Source of the DNA: a virus
Lineage: Duplodnaviria; Heunggongvirae; Uroviricota; Caudoviricetes
DNA length: 26,750 bases
Direction: 5' to 3' (one strand)
Virus record (IMG/VR): IMGVR_UViG_2529293065_000012
The notes under the pieces were generated by a model. It was not told the origin of the DNA and ran no database searches. It saw only the letters and a list, made by a program, of their open reading frames with translations. Below, piece after piece: positions 8,023 to 16,323 of the stretch. A program made the position numbers and the translations under genes. Within the stretch, counting starts at the first letter, position 1. Every line of letters starts with the position of its first letter.

Positions 8023-8982
8023 ATGAAAATTTGTATCGACGACGGCTCCACCAACATCAAGCTGGCATGGACTGAGAACGGCGAATGCCGCAACGCCATC
8101 AGCCCGAACAGCTTCAAGTCGGAATGGTCTGCGCCGTTCGGTGTCACGCAGCCCGCGAACTACATGCTTGATGGCGTGCGCTATGGTTTTGATCCGGTCA
8201 GCGATCGCTTTGTCCAGACGACCGACACGCAATACCAGTACAGCGATGTGAATGTCATTGCCATTCATCACGCGCTGGTCAAATCAGGCATCACGCCACA
8301 GGAAGTGGATGTGGTTGTCACCCTGCCACTGAGCGAGTATTTCGACACAAACGCACAGCCGGATATGACCAACATCAACCGCAAAAAAGCGAACGTCATG
8401 CGCCCGGTGGAGTACCAGAACGGTGAGGCATTCACTATCCGTAACGTGCGGGTTATGCCTGAATCCATTCCGGCTGGCTTTAAGGCACTGGCTAACATGA
8501 GTCCGTTTGAATCCCTGCTGATTGTGGATTTAGGCGGAACCACGCTGGATGTGGCAAAGGTTCAGGGGCAACTGGCAGGTATCAGCCAGGTGTTTTGCGA
8601 TCCACACGTAGGCGTTTCTCTGATGGCCGATGCCGTACTGTCGGTGATGGCCACTAACGGTATGCGCACCAGTCACCACATCGCCAATACCATTATCGAA
8701 CATCGCCATGATGAAGCCTGGCTGCGCCAGCACATCCACAATGACGCGCATTACGCCAGCCTGATGGCGGTTATTCGTGAAAAGGAAGAAACACTGAAAC
8801 AACGCGTGATCCGCGCGCTGGCGGTTTTTTCGGGTTACGGGCGGGTGATGGTTGTCGGTGGCGGGGCGGAGATTGTGGCACCCGCTATCCGCGAAGCCTG
8901 CGGAGTTAATGCGACTTTCATCGCGGACGGGGTGCCACAGTTTGCTCTGGTTAATGGGCTGTACGCAATGGACAAGGAGTAA
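8023..8982 (+). CDS. parM: ParM/StbA-like actin-family partition ATPase
   Basis: 319 aa. IDDGSTNIKLAW, ISPNSFK, YSDVNVIAIHHAL, VMPESIPAG, LIVDLGGTTLD, GVSL and VVGGGAE align with my recollection of plasmid R1 ParM. AAGGA ribosome-binding site. Confidence 0.85.
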   Translation: MKICIDDGSTNIKLAWTENGECRNAISPNSFKSEWSAPFGVTQPANYMLDGVRYGFDPVSDRFVQTTDTQYQYSDVNVIAIHHALVKSGITPQEVDVVVTLPLSEYFDTNAQPDMTNINRKKANVMRPVEYQNGEAFTIRNVRVMPESIPAGFKALANMSPFESLLIVDLGGTTLDVAKVQGQLAGISQVFCDPHVGVSLMADAVLSVMATNGMRTSHHIANTIIEHRHDEAWLRQHIHNDAHYASLMAVIREKEETLKQRVIRALAVFSGYGRVMVVGGGAEIVAPAIREACGVNATFIADGVPQFALVNGLYAMDKE

Positions 8983-8986
8983 ACCA

Positions 8987-9301
8987 ATGACGACATCAAC
9001 CAGACGGATAAGTTTCTATCTGAAGCCAGACGCCGTCAAGAGTGAACAAGAGGCGTGCAATTACCTCGATAGCCTGCCAGCCTCCGAACGCAGCCGCGCG
9101 CAACGCGCGGCCTTTCTGGCCGGACTGGCACTCATAAAACGCAACCCAGCATTTGCCTACTGGATGGCCGAATGGCCAGAGGATAACCTCCCCTTCAATA
9201 CCATTAGCACCAAGGAAACATACCAAGATAATCCGCCTAGCGGAATTGAATGCAATTTTTATAAAATAAAAAAGAATATTCAGACCTTATTCCCTGAATA
9301 A
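8987..9301 (+). CDS. parR: ParR-like centromere-binding adaptor
   Basis: 104 aa from the ATG at 8987 (in frame within ORF 8852..9301), AAGGAG 8 nt upstream. ISFYLKPD...LDSLPASERSRAQRAAFLAGLAL parallels the R1 ParR N-terminal ribbon-helix-helix region. Lies immediately downstream of the parM-like gene. Confidence 0.7.
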   Translation: MTTSTRRISFYLKPDAVKSEQEACNYLDSLPASERSRAQRAAFLAGLALIKRNPAFAYWMAEWPEDNLPFNTISTKETYQDNPPSGIECNFYKIKKNIQTLFPE

Positions 9302-9350
9302 TCTGATAATTGAATTTGAACTAATAAAACACATACCAACACATCATTCT

Positions 9351-9373
9351 GGCACCCTTGCTAACAGGGTGCC
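9351..9373 (+). terminator. Stem-loop (GGCACCCT / AGGGTGCC) between convergent parR-like and membrane-protein genes
   Basis: 8-bp inverted repeat with a 7-nt loop, followed by A/T-rich sequence. Confidence 0.35.
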
Positions 9374-9385
9374 AATGATTTCAAA

Positions 9386-10228
9386 TCATGATGAAATTGC
9401 CGAAGTTTTTTTATCGTGCTGAAGTACCGCAAATGCCATCAAAACCTCAAGAGAATAGCGGCGATAATACTTAACAAAACCATAATAAAATACTCGAGAT
9501 GCAGCAAGAAAAAACAAGAAAAGAGGACCAAAAGGTAACAATCTGATATTTATATCTATTAAGTAAGATAGAGGGGCTAGACACATAATCAACCAGACTG
9601 AGGCGAGAAAAACGAATGTAATGTTTCTACAAAAACCATATAGAGCAACATAGTTTTGTATTTTCAACTGATGATTTTTCGAATGTTCATACACATAATG
9701 ATAAGCAAGACGAAAAAGATCTCCCCTCAACCCTTTGCGTCGATACAACGTAGAAACAGAAAAATTATTTATATAGCCATTTCGTATTTGCGGCCAAAAG
9801 GCCTTAATAAGTATAGGATGTAGTGTGGTTTTATGACACTCAGCTTTATCAAGAATTGATACAGGAAACAAAAAAACTCTACGAATAAAATTAAATATCT
9901 GGAATCCTGTACCACGGCGTTTTATTTTCAGGGGGTTTTTCGGGGAAAACAGATAAGTCGAAGGATATCCAAGCTTACTGTTCATGTATTTTTCAATTAA
10001 ACAGGATGATAGAATAGATATGAAGTGACCTAAAATATATGATAGAACGATCAATGTCACATACATAAACACACTTATTATTTCTTTATATTTCAAGATG
10101 TGGTTTAGAATACTCTCGACATAACCAGGGTTAATTTCAATAGAAAACAAAAAAAGGATAAACAGGAATAATCCACCTGGAATTAGATACCCCAAAAAGT
10201 CATAAAATGAAAACGGATTCTGTGTCAC
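9386..10228 (-). CDS. Polytopic membrane protein of unknown function (280 aa, about 4 predicted TM helices), second gene of an AT-rich accessory operon
   Basis: ORF track entry. Apparent GTG start at 10226-10228 preceded by AGGGGG. Hydrophobic segments near residues 10-30, 50-78, 205-226 and 233-254. Markedly AT-rich compared with flanking phage genes (by inspection, not computed). Confidence 0.7.
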   Translation of the reverse strand: MTQNPFSFYDFLGYLIPGGLFLFILFLFSIEINPGYVESILNHILKYKEIISVFMYVTLIVLSYILGHFISILSSCLIEKYMNSKLGYPSTYLFSPKNPLKIKRRGTGFQIFNFIRRVFLFPVSILDKAECHKTTLHPILIKAFWPQIRNGYINNFSVSTLYRRKGLRGDLFRLAYHYVYEHSKNHQLKIQNYVALYGFCRNITFVFLASVWLIMCLAPLSYLIDINIRLLPFGPLFLFFLAASRVFYYGFVKYYRRYSLEVLMAFAVLQHDKKTSAISS

Positions 10229-10267
10229 ACTTCCCCCTGTGCTACTTGTAAATTAAAGAGTCAAACA

Positions 10268-10765
10268 TTATTTGTTTTTCCGTAAAGGATTAGCTTTCCA
10301 TCTTCTTACTAACCATTCGAATTCTTGATATGTAGTATCCGAATTAATGCTTTCTCTGATTGCTTTAATTAATGGCTCGGCAATATCATATGTCTCTACA
10401 ACTGTTGTGTAAGATGTTCTTTTTATCATTTTTTCATCATAAATACCTTCACGAATACTTACAGCAACTCGCTCGTAAAAATTTAAAATATATTGAAATT
10501 TTCGACGCTCGGCCATTTCCTCATCTGTTATTGTACAACCATCACAAGGAAAAACATAAGAACGAAATGATTTGCCTGAACGATGCACTTGTTTCAGGGT
10601 ATGCAATGACTCTATATATTGCATATCTTGCCGACTCTCAAAAAGAAAGTTAGCCGTTTGAGTTTTCTTTGCGGTACGCACATTGTAGATAATGGTTCCA
10701 ATGGCAACCAAAACGCCAAGCAGAACAATAGCATTGCTGATGATTTGTAGTGTTATTGGGTTCAT
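10268..10765 (-). CDS. Protein of unknown function with a single N-terminal TM helix (165 aa), first gene of an AT-rich accessory operon
   Basis: ATG at 10763-10765. N-terminal hydrophobic helix (IISNAIVLLGVLVAIGTIIY) then a soluble domain of about 135 aa. AT-rich. 39 bp from the downstream gene. Confidence 0.7.
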   Translation of the reverse strand: MNPITLQIISNAIVLLGVLVAIGTIIYNVRTAKKTQTANFLFESRQDMQYIESLHTLKQVHRSGKSFRSYVFPCDGCTITDEEMAERRKFQYILNFYERVAVSIREGIYDEKMIKRTSYTTVVETYDIAEPLIKAIRESINSDTTYQEFEWLVRRWKANPLRKNK

Positions 10766-10775
10766 CCTATTTCAT

Positions 10776-10807
10776 CCATAAAAAAGGCGGGGAGCAAATC
10801 CCCGCCT
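10776..10807 (-). terminator. Intrinsic terminator / attenuator hairpin on the minus strand, just upstream of the operon start codon
   Basis: 9-bp stem (AGGCGGGGA / TCCCCGCCT, 10785-10807) with a 5-nt loop, followed on the minus strand by a U6 run (10776-10784). Confidence 0.5.
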
Positions 10808-10826
10808 CATTAGAGGTCAACGTAGC

Positions 10827-10862
10827 TTAGAAACCATCAAATTCATCATACATTTTTTTCAT
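10827..10862 (-). other. Candidate 11-codon leader ORF (MKKMYDEFDGF)
   Basis: On the minus strand, GAGGGGG lies 5 nt before the ATG. The stop is about 19 nt upstream of the terminator hairpin. Confidence 0.25.
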
Positions 10863-10942
10863 ATCAACCCCCTCATAGAAATCATAACCACGTTTTGTGG
10901 TTTTTGTGACGCATAAACTACATCAAAGGCAAGCCACGGTCA

Positions 10943-10990
10943 AATATATAGGCATGCTTACCTGCACAAAAGTGCACAAATTTGCACAAT
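10943..10990. promoter_or_regulatory. TATATAT element plus three 10-bp phased TGCACAA direct repeats (candidate promoter/operator for the minus-strand accessory operon)
   Basis: TGCACAA at 10963-10969, 10973-10979 and 10983-10989. A/T hexamer at 10943-10950. Confidence 0.35.
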
Positions 10991-11413
10991 TTTTTTGAAC
11001 GACTTTTTGCCCTTCCGGCCCGCGTGGCGGCTGGAGCCGTCAAGGATCCGTGCATGCACAAAAAAACGCGCTTTTTCTGCGCGCAGGTGACGGGGGAACA
11101 GCCCGCGTTTCAGGGGGTAAATAGCATCCCCTGAACGATGTCGCAGCGACACAACAGAATGGCTGTATTTCTCACGCTGAGCGTGAAGAATACGTGAGGG
11201 ATTCTGATTTGATGGGGTGAAAGGTAAGGCCGTCAAAATCGCACTGAGGCGGCGAGAACATGCAGTCAACGCGGTGGGATTGCGTAAGAGTCTGACCGTC
11301 GATGGTGGCGATAAACTGGAAGGCGTCGTGAAATTATCTGACTGATACAGGAGCTGGAGAGTCGGGGCATAAATTTTTTATGCCCCGGCGAAGCAGCAGA
11401 CAAGCGAAGCGCG

Positions 11414-12460
11414 TCAGGATGTGGGCAGGGTGTCTAACAGTGCGTAAGGGTTAAAGCGGATCACCTCTTCGCCAAGCCAGTCATTGATGTGCTTCATGGC
11501 CTCCATGACGGGCATCAGCTCGTTAATTGCGTAAACCCGCGCGGCCTTCTCCACATCACCAAACGCACTTTTTTCACCCGGCATCGCCCCCATCAGTTGC
11601 GGCGGAACGCGGTGCGCAGCCAGCACATCATCACGGGATGCCGCCTTAACATTCATGAACTCATCCTTTGCGGTGATCTGCTGGAACGGCAAAATTTGCA
11701 CCCCCTCTTTGCCCCCGTTGGGCGCATGAATGAGCACGTTTTTAAACGCACCACCACCACGCGCACCCTGTAGCGTTTCTTTCAGGGAGTCCATGCTTTC
11801 GCGGTTTACCTGCGCTGCACCGATGTAGATGATGCACCCGGCGTGGGATCCGTTGTCGTAATACAGTTTTCTGAACATGTCCGCCGAATGAGACAGGCTG
11901 GCCGAGAGTAATGCGCCGAGATATTCCGGCATGCCGTAGATTTCCTGGTTAATGTCCGGATTCATCAGGTGGCACACTTTGCCTGGGCGAAACTGAAACG
12001 CATCCTTGCCATCCTGCACATACCACCATGATTCAAGATCGCTTCCGCGTCGCATGTATTTCGCCAGGGCGTGCCGTAATTTAAGCGGTTCGCCGAGCAT
12101 ATTGCTTCGAAGCTCAAGGAATGCGTTACCGAACACAAACCAGTCCAGCGCCAGCGCCGAGAAATCCTGCCGGGAAAGCAGCGGGTGCGGGATGTAGCAA
12201 CCGAGCAATACATTGCGCTTAAAGTAAAGCGCAGACTGATGCCAGGACGTTTGCCGGGCGGCTCTTGCCAGACCGTACCAGTCCACCGGGGTTTCATACC
12301 ACCGCCCGTTATCAGCACAGTACATATTGTCCAGCAGGTCATGCCCGGTCAGGCGATAAGGACCATCAAATGTGAATGCACTGAGCGATGATTCTTTCCT
12401 GAGCGCATCAGCGAGATCAATGCGTGAACTCATGCGCACTTTTTTATTTTTTCTGCTCAT
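11414..12460 (-). CDS. Q: Portal protein (P2 gpQ family)
   Basis: 348 aa. Position and orientation beside the terminase ATPase gene, with ATGA overlap at 12458-12462. Length matches P2 Q. Confidence 0.9.
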   Translation of the reverse strand: MSRKNKKVRMSSRIDLADALRKESSLSAFTFDGPYRLTGHDLLDNMYCADNGRWYETPVDWYGLARAARQTSWHQSALYFKRNVLLGCYIPHPLLSRQDFSALALDWFVFGNAFLELRSNMLGEPLKLRHALAKYMRRGSDLESWWYVQDGKDAFQFRPGKVCHLMNPDINQEIYGMPEYLGALLSASLSHSADMFRKLYYDNGSHAGCIIYIGAAQVNRESMDSLKETLQGARGGGAFKNVLIHAPNGGKEGVQILPFQQITAKDEFMNVKAASRDDVLAAHRVPPQLMGAMPGEKSAFGDVEKAARVYAINELMPVMEAMKHINDWLGEEVIRFNPYALLDTLPTS

Positions 12461-14211
12461 CAGAACTCCATAACCGTGAAACGCTCGTTTTCTCCTTCGC
12501 CGCCAATTGGTTCGTTAATGACAGCAAGCATGGTTGCCCACGCAAGGTCGCCGTGGCTGATCCCCCTCGCGCGGTCCGTTTCGTAAGTGATAAAGCCGCC
12601 CGGTGTTTTCACCTTACGCACGGCGTTAAAGGCCGCGACCAGCTCGCGTTCGGCGCGATCGTATTCCCACCGCCCGGCACGCATTATTTGCAGCATTTTC
12701 AGTACCAGCGACCGTTTTGATGACAGCGTGAAGGTGTACGGAATAGCGGCAGGGAAAAACCGTTTCACTATCTGATAAACAGCCTCCCCGTTCCCGCCCG
12801 TCACATCAATGCCGATGTGTTCCACGTTGTAGCGACACGTGAACTCTTCAATGACTCTGGCCTGTTCTTCAAACTCCAGCCCCTGAACGCGTCGCGTCTC
12901 CACCGTTCGAAAACGGCCACCAGGAACAGACGGAGGAACCACCACGGACACAGCGCCGCTGTCGCCGTTGCCACTGCTGCCGTTTGCGTCATACCCAATC
13001 CATACCGGACGATTCCCCATCGGGCGGGGAGCAAAAGGTTTCCAGTCTTTCCAGTCGTCGTATCCGTCAACGCCACAGCCAATCAGGATATTCAGGTTAA
13101 ATGCCGATTCCCCTTCGCGGACAAACTCACACATATAGAGATTGAGGAACTCGTCTTCGGTGTTTTCATCACGAATTTCATCAATATCGGTGTGTTTCCA
13201 GCCGTGATTAACCACATCTTCCAGCGTGACAATTTGCCGCCACGTCCGGTCAGGGCAGATAAGCCCGTTATGCAGCGTTTTCCAGTCCACAGAAAAACGC
13301 TGGCGTTTATGCGAGGCCTTTTTCTCGTTCCAGCGGTCGCCGTTCCAGTAGGCGTATGCCTCGTGCGTTTCGGTGGATGGCGTGGAGAAGTAGGTGCGCC
13401 GCAGTCCGCTGAGGGTTGCCATAGCGCCAGCCACCTTGCGCAGTTCAGCAAAGCGACTGACCCAGAAAAATTCATCAAAATAAAAATTGCCCGTATAGGA
13501 CTGTGCCGACGCAGCAGAAGTGCCGAGAAAATGCAGCTCTGCGCCGTTGGAGAGGATGATTTTATCGCCCCCTTTCAGCTCCACATCAACTTCAGCCGCG
13601 GCCTTCTGAATAATGCTTTTAAACTGGAACGCCTGACGACGCGACGCAGACAAAAAAATCTGGTTACGCTGGTAAGGTTGCGCCACATCGTCACGCAGCG
13701 CCATCAGCAGTGCTTCCTGTGCAAAATACCAGGTCGCCCCAATCTGTCGGGATTTCAGGATCATCCTGTTACGTATCCCGGCTTCCCTGCAAAGGGTCAG
13801 GGAGTCAAACCAGCCCCGCTGATGCCACTCCAGCCTGCTGATGATTTTTTCCCGCAGTGCGGCAATCTGTTCCGGCGTGAAATGATTTTTGAGTTTTTTC
13901 GCCCGGCCTTTCTTTCCTGTGGCCGTCGCATCCGGCTGGCCATCATGCAGTTTTTTAAGCTGCCGGGTCAGCAGGTCTATTTCCTTGAAGTCACCACCTG
14001 TTTTATTCTGTTTTTCAGTGAGCTGGATGAGGCGCGCATCGATGGACTGCGTGACACGCTGCACGGGTGGCGTTTCATCCCACTGGTCGCGTTTTTTCCA
14101 CGCATAAATCGTGTTCGGGTTTATTCCCATCAGACGTGATATTTCTGCGGGCGGATAACCCTGCCAGTAAAGTTGCCGCGCACGCTGGCGCACAAAAGCG
14201 TCCTGAATCAT
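12460..14211 (-). CDS. P: Terminase large (ATPase) subunit (P2 gpP family)
   Basis: 583 aa. N-terminal MIQDAFVRQRARQLYWQGY... and length are typical of P2 P. Divergent from the O-N-M-L late operon. Confidence 0.9.
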   Translation of the reverse strand: MIQDAFVRQRARQLYWQGYPPAEISRLMGINPNTIYAWKKRDQWDETPPVQRVTQSIDARLIQLTEKQNKTGGDFKEIDLLTRQLKKLHDGQPDATATGKKGRAKKLKNHFTPEQIAALREKIISRLEWHQRGWFDSLTLCREAGIRNRMILKSRQIGATWYFAQEALLMALRDDVAQPYQRNQIFLSASRRQAFQFKSIIQKAAAEVDVELKGGDKIILSNGAELHFLGTSAASAQSYTGNFYFDEFFWVSRFAELRKVAGAMATLSGLRRTYFSTPSTETHEAYAYWNGDRWNEKKASHKRQRFSVDWKTLHNGLICPDRTWRQIVTLEDVVNHGWKHTDIDEIRDENTEDEFLNLYMCEFVREGESAFNLNILIGCGVDGYDDWKDWKPFAPRPMGNRPVWIGYDANGSSGNGDSGAVSVVVPPSVPGGRFRTVETRRVQGLEFEEQARVIEEFTCRYNVEHIGIDVTGGNGEAVYQIVKRFFPAAIPYTFTLSSKRSLVLKMLQIMRAGRWEYDRAERELVAAFNAVRKVKTPGGFITYETDRARGISHGDLAWATMLAVINEPIGGEGENERFTVMEF

Positions 14212-14365
14212 TGCTCCCCCTGAGTAATTACAGGAAGATTACCCGCGCGCGAAACCGTTCTCCTTAACCCCCTGTTCTGGCCGTTTTCTTACAACAAAAG
14301 CCCTTTGTATCAGCCTGTTACGCTTTGCCATCATGACTGAAGAACCAGTCAGAGGGGCAAAAACT
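14212..14365. promoter_or_regulatory. Divergent late promoter region (P-Q leftward, O-N-M-L rightward)
   Basis: Position equivalent to the divergent late promoters of P2. Individual promoter elements not resolved. Confidence 0.4.
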
Positions 14366-15202
14366 ATGGCTAATGAAAAAAAGACATCCCGCAAAAAGTT
14401 TCGCGTGGCTGTCTCCGGATCAACTGTTGATGGCCGCGAAATCAGCCCGGTACATCTGCGTGAAGCCGCCGAGAACTTCAACCCGGATGTTTACGCTGCC
14501 CGCGTGAACGTTGAGCACTATCTCTCGCCATGCCCGTCAAGCGAATTTTCCGCAATGGGCGATGTCACCGCGCTGAGTACGGAAGATATTACGGAAGGCC
14601 CGCTGGCCGGACGTACTGCGCTGTATGCAGAAATCGAACCGACCGAGCGCATGAAGCAGCTTGTCGCTGACGGCAAGAAAATCTATTCCAGTATCGAACT
14701 GCACCCGCAGTTCTCCGTTAACGGGCGTGCCTATCTGGTCGGACTGGCGATGACCGACACCCCGGCAAGCCTGGGCACTGAGCGCCTGAAATTCACGGCA
14801 CAGCAGCGTCAGGCGGTGATGACGTTCAACAGTATCCAGGGTGAAGCACCGCTTATCTCCGAAGCCATCGAGTCTGAAATCATCGAAATGGCAGAACAAC
14901 GCCAGGAAGAAGGCACCCAGTGGTTTAACCGCGTAATGGGGATTATTGGTCGTGGCCGCAAAGCGGATGACGCCAGTTTCTCCCGTATTCAGGAAGCGGT
15001 GGAAGGCGTTGCAACGTCACAGGCCGACATTATCGACCGTTTTAATGTGCTGGAAACCCGCCATCAGCAGGACCGCCAGAAAATCACGTCACTGACCACA
15101 GAGCTGACAGCACTGAAGGAAAAACTGCGCACGCAGGACGGCGATCCGCAGAACCGCTTCACCGCAACGGGCGCAGCCTCCGACCAGCTGGCTGACTTCT
15201 GA
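14366..15202 (+). CDS. O: Capsid scaffolding protein (P2 gpO family)
   Basis: ATG at 14366 inside ORF 14333..15202. KKFRVAVSGSTVDGREISP parallels the P2 O N-terminus. LVGLAMTDTPASLGTE is a conserved segment. Confidence 0.85.
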   Translation: MANEKKTSRKKFRVAVSGSTVDGREISPVHLREAAENFNPDVYAARVNVEHYLSPCPSSEFSAMGDVTALSTEDITEGPLAGRTALYAEIEPTERMKQLVADGKKIYSSIELHPQFSVNGRAYLVGLAMTDTPASLGTERLKFTAQQRQAVMTFNSIQGEAPLISEAIESEIIEMAEQRQEEGTQWFNRVMGIIGRGRKADDASFSRIQEAVEGVATSQADIIDRFNVLETRHQQDRQKITSLTTELTALKEKLRTQDGDPQNRFTATGAASDQLADF

Positions 15203-15225
15203 TAAGACAAAGGAGCAAATTTTTT

Positions 15226-16278
15226 ATGAATCTGGTGATGTCAGATATTACCCGCAACAAGCTGGGTTGCTATATGGCGCAGCAGGCGTCGCTTAATAAT
15301 ATCCCGGTTTCCGCACTGGTATCGCGATTTACCGTAGAACCCTCGGTGCAGCAGCGTTTTGAAAACGCCTCAAAGGAAAGTACCGAATTTACGAAAAGAA
15401 TTAACGTGATCGGCGTGACCGACCAGAAAGGCGAAAAAATCCTCCTGGATACCACAGGACCGATTGCGCGCACGAATACCAGTTATGACGGCACAAAACG
15501 CCGTAACCCGAATAACGTGGTTGATCTGAAAAACCGCAAATACCAGTGCGAACAGGTGAACTACGACACGTTTATTTCGTATCCGCAGCTTGATGCCTGG
15601 TCGGCACACCCTGATTTTCAGTCCCGCATCAGCGCACAGATTGCCCGACAGGTGGCACTTGACCGCATCATGATCGGTTTCAACGGCACGTCTCACGAGG
15701 ATGAGTCCAACTTCAGCACCAACAAGCTGCTTCAGGACGTTAACGTGGGGTGGCTGGAGCACATCAGAACCGACGCCAGCGAACGCGTTATGAATGACGT
15801 GACGCTGACCTCCCGTAACATGGACAACACCGTGGCGCACGCGGGTAAGTATGCGAACGCTGATGCACTGGTACAGGACGCGCGCTCATCCCTGCTGGAT
15901 GAATGGCACAAGGAAGCTGACGACCTCGTGGTGATTATGGGGCGCAACCTGTTTAACTCGCTGCGTCTGCCCGTGCTGAACAGCATCAGCGGCCAGAATC
16001 CCAATGCGGAATTACTTGCCGGGCAGCTCATCCTGTCATCGCGCACCATTGGCGGGCTGGGCGTGTTCCTTGCGCCGTTCTTCCCGGATGCGACGATGCT
16101 GATCACCTCGTTCAACAACCTGTCGATTTACTGGCAGAAAGGTTCAATGCGTCGTCTGATGAAAGACGAACCGGAATACAACCGCATCGCCACCTACCAG
16201 TCCATCAATGACGCTTATGTCGTTGAAGACTATGGCAAGTGCGCGATGGTCACAGGCCTGAAGTTCGCCGACAGCTAA
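15226..16278 (+). CDS. N: Major capsid protein (P2 gpN family)
   Basis: 350 aa. FTVEPSVQQ, GFNGT, VGWL, LVVIMGRNL, FFPDATMLIT and NLSIYW track P2 N. Confidence 0.9.
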   Translation: MNLVMSDITRNKLGCYMAQQASLNNIPVSALVSRFTVEPSVQQRFENASKESTEFTKRINVIGVTDQKGEKILLDTTGPIARTNTSYDGTKRRNPNNVVDLKNRKYQCEQVNYDTFISYPQLDAWSAHPDFQSRISAQIARQVALDRIMIGFNGTSHEDESNFSTNKLLQDVNVGWLEHIRTDASERVMNDVTLTSRNMDNTVAHAGKYANADALVQDARSSLLDEWHKEADDLVVIMGRNLFNSLRLPVLNSISGQNPNAELLAGQLILSSRTIGGLGVFLAPFFPDATMLITSFNNLSIYWQKGSMRRLMKDEPEYNRIATYQSINDAYVVEDYGKCAMVTGLKFADS

Positions 16279-16323
16279 TCAACTCACGGCGGGCATCATG
16301 CCCGCCTGTAACGGAGAGAAAAA

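Noticed and set aside
8852-8986. Longer 149-aa version of the parR-like ORF starting at 8852
   Set aside because: The upstream part overlaps the 3' end of the parM-like gene in another frame. The ATG at 8987 has a proper AAGGAG ribosome-binding site and yields a ParR-sized protein.
10963-10990. CRISPR-like or iteron array (TGCACAA repeats)
   Set aside because: Only three short 7-bp repeats at helical phasing with no spacers of CRISPR size; more consistent with a regulator-binding site.
10958-11269. 103-aa minus-strand ORF in the cos-proximal region
   Set aside because: Arg/Ser-rich, no ribosome-binding site, and overlaps the repeat and palindrome-rich non-coding interval.
12817-14139. 440-aa plus-strand ORF antisense to the terminase gene
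   Set aside because: Lies entirely within the strongly supported minus-strand terminase ATPase gene. His/Arg-rich low-complexity translation.
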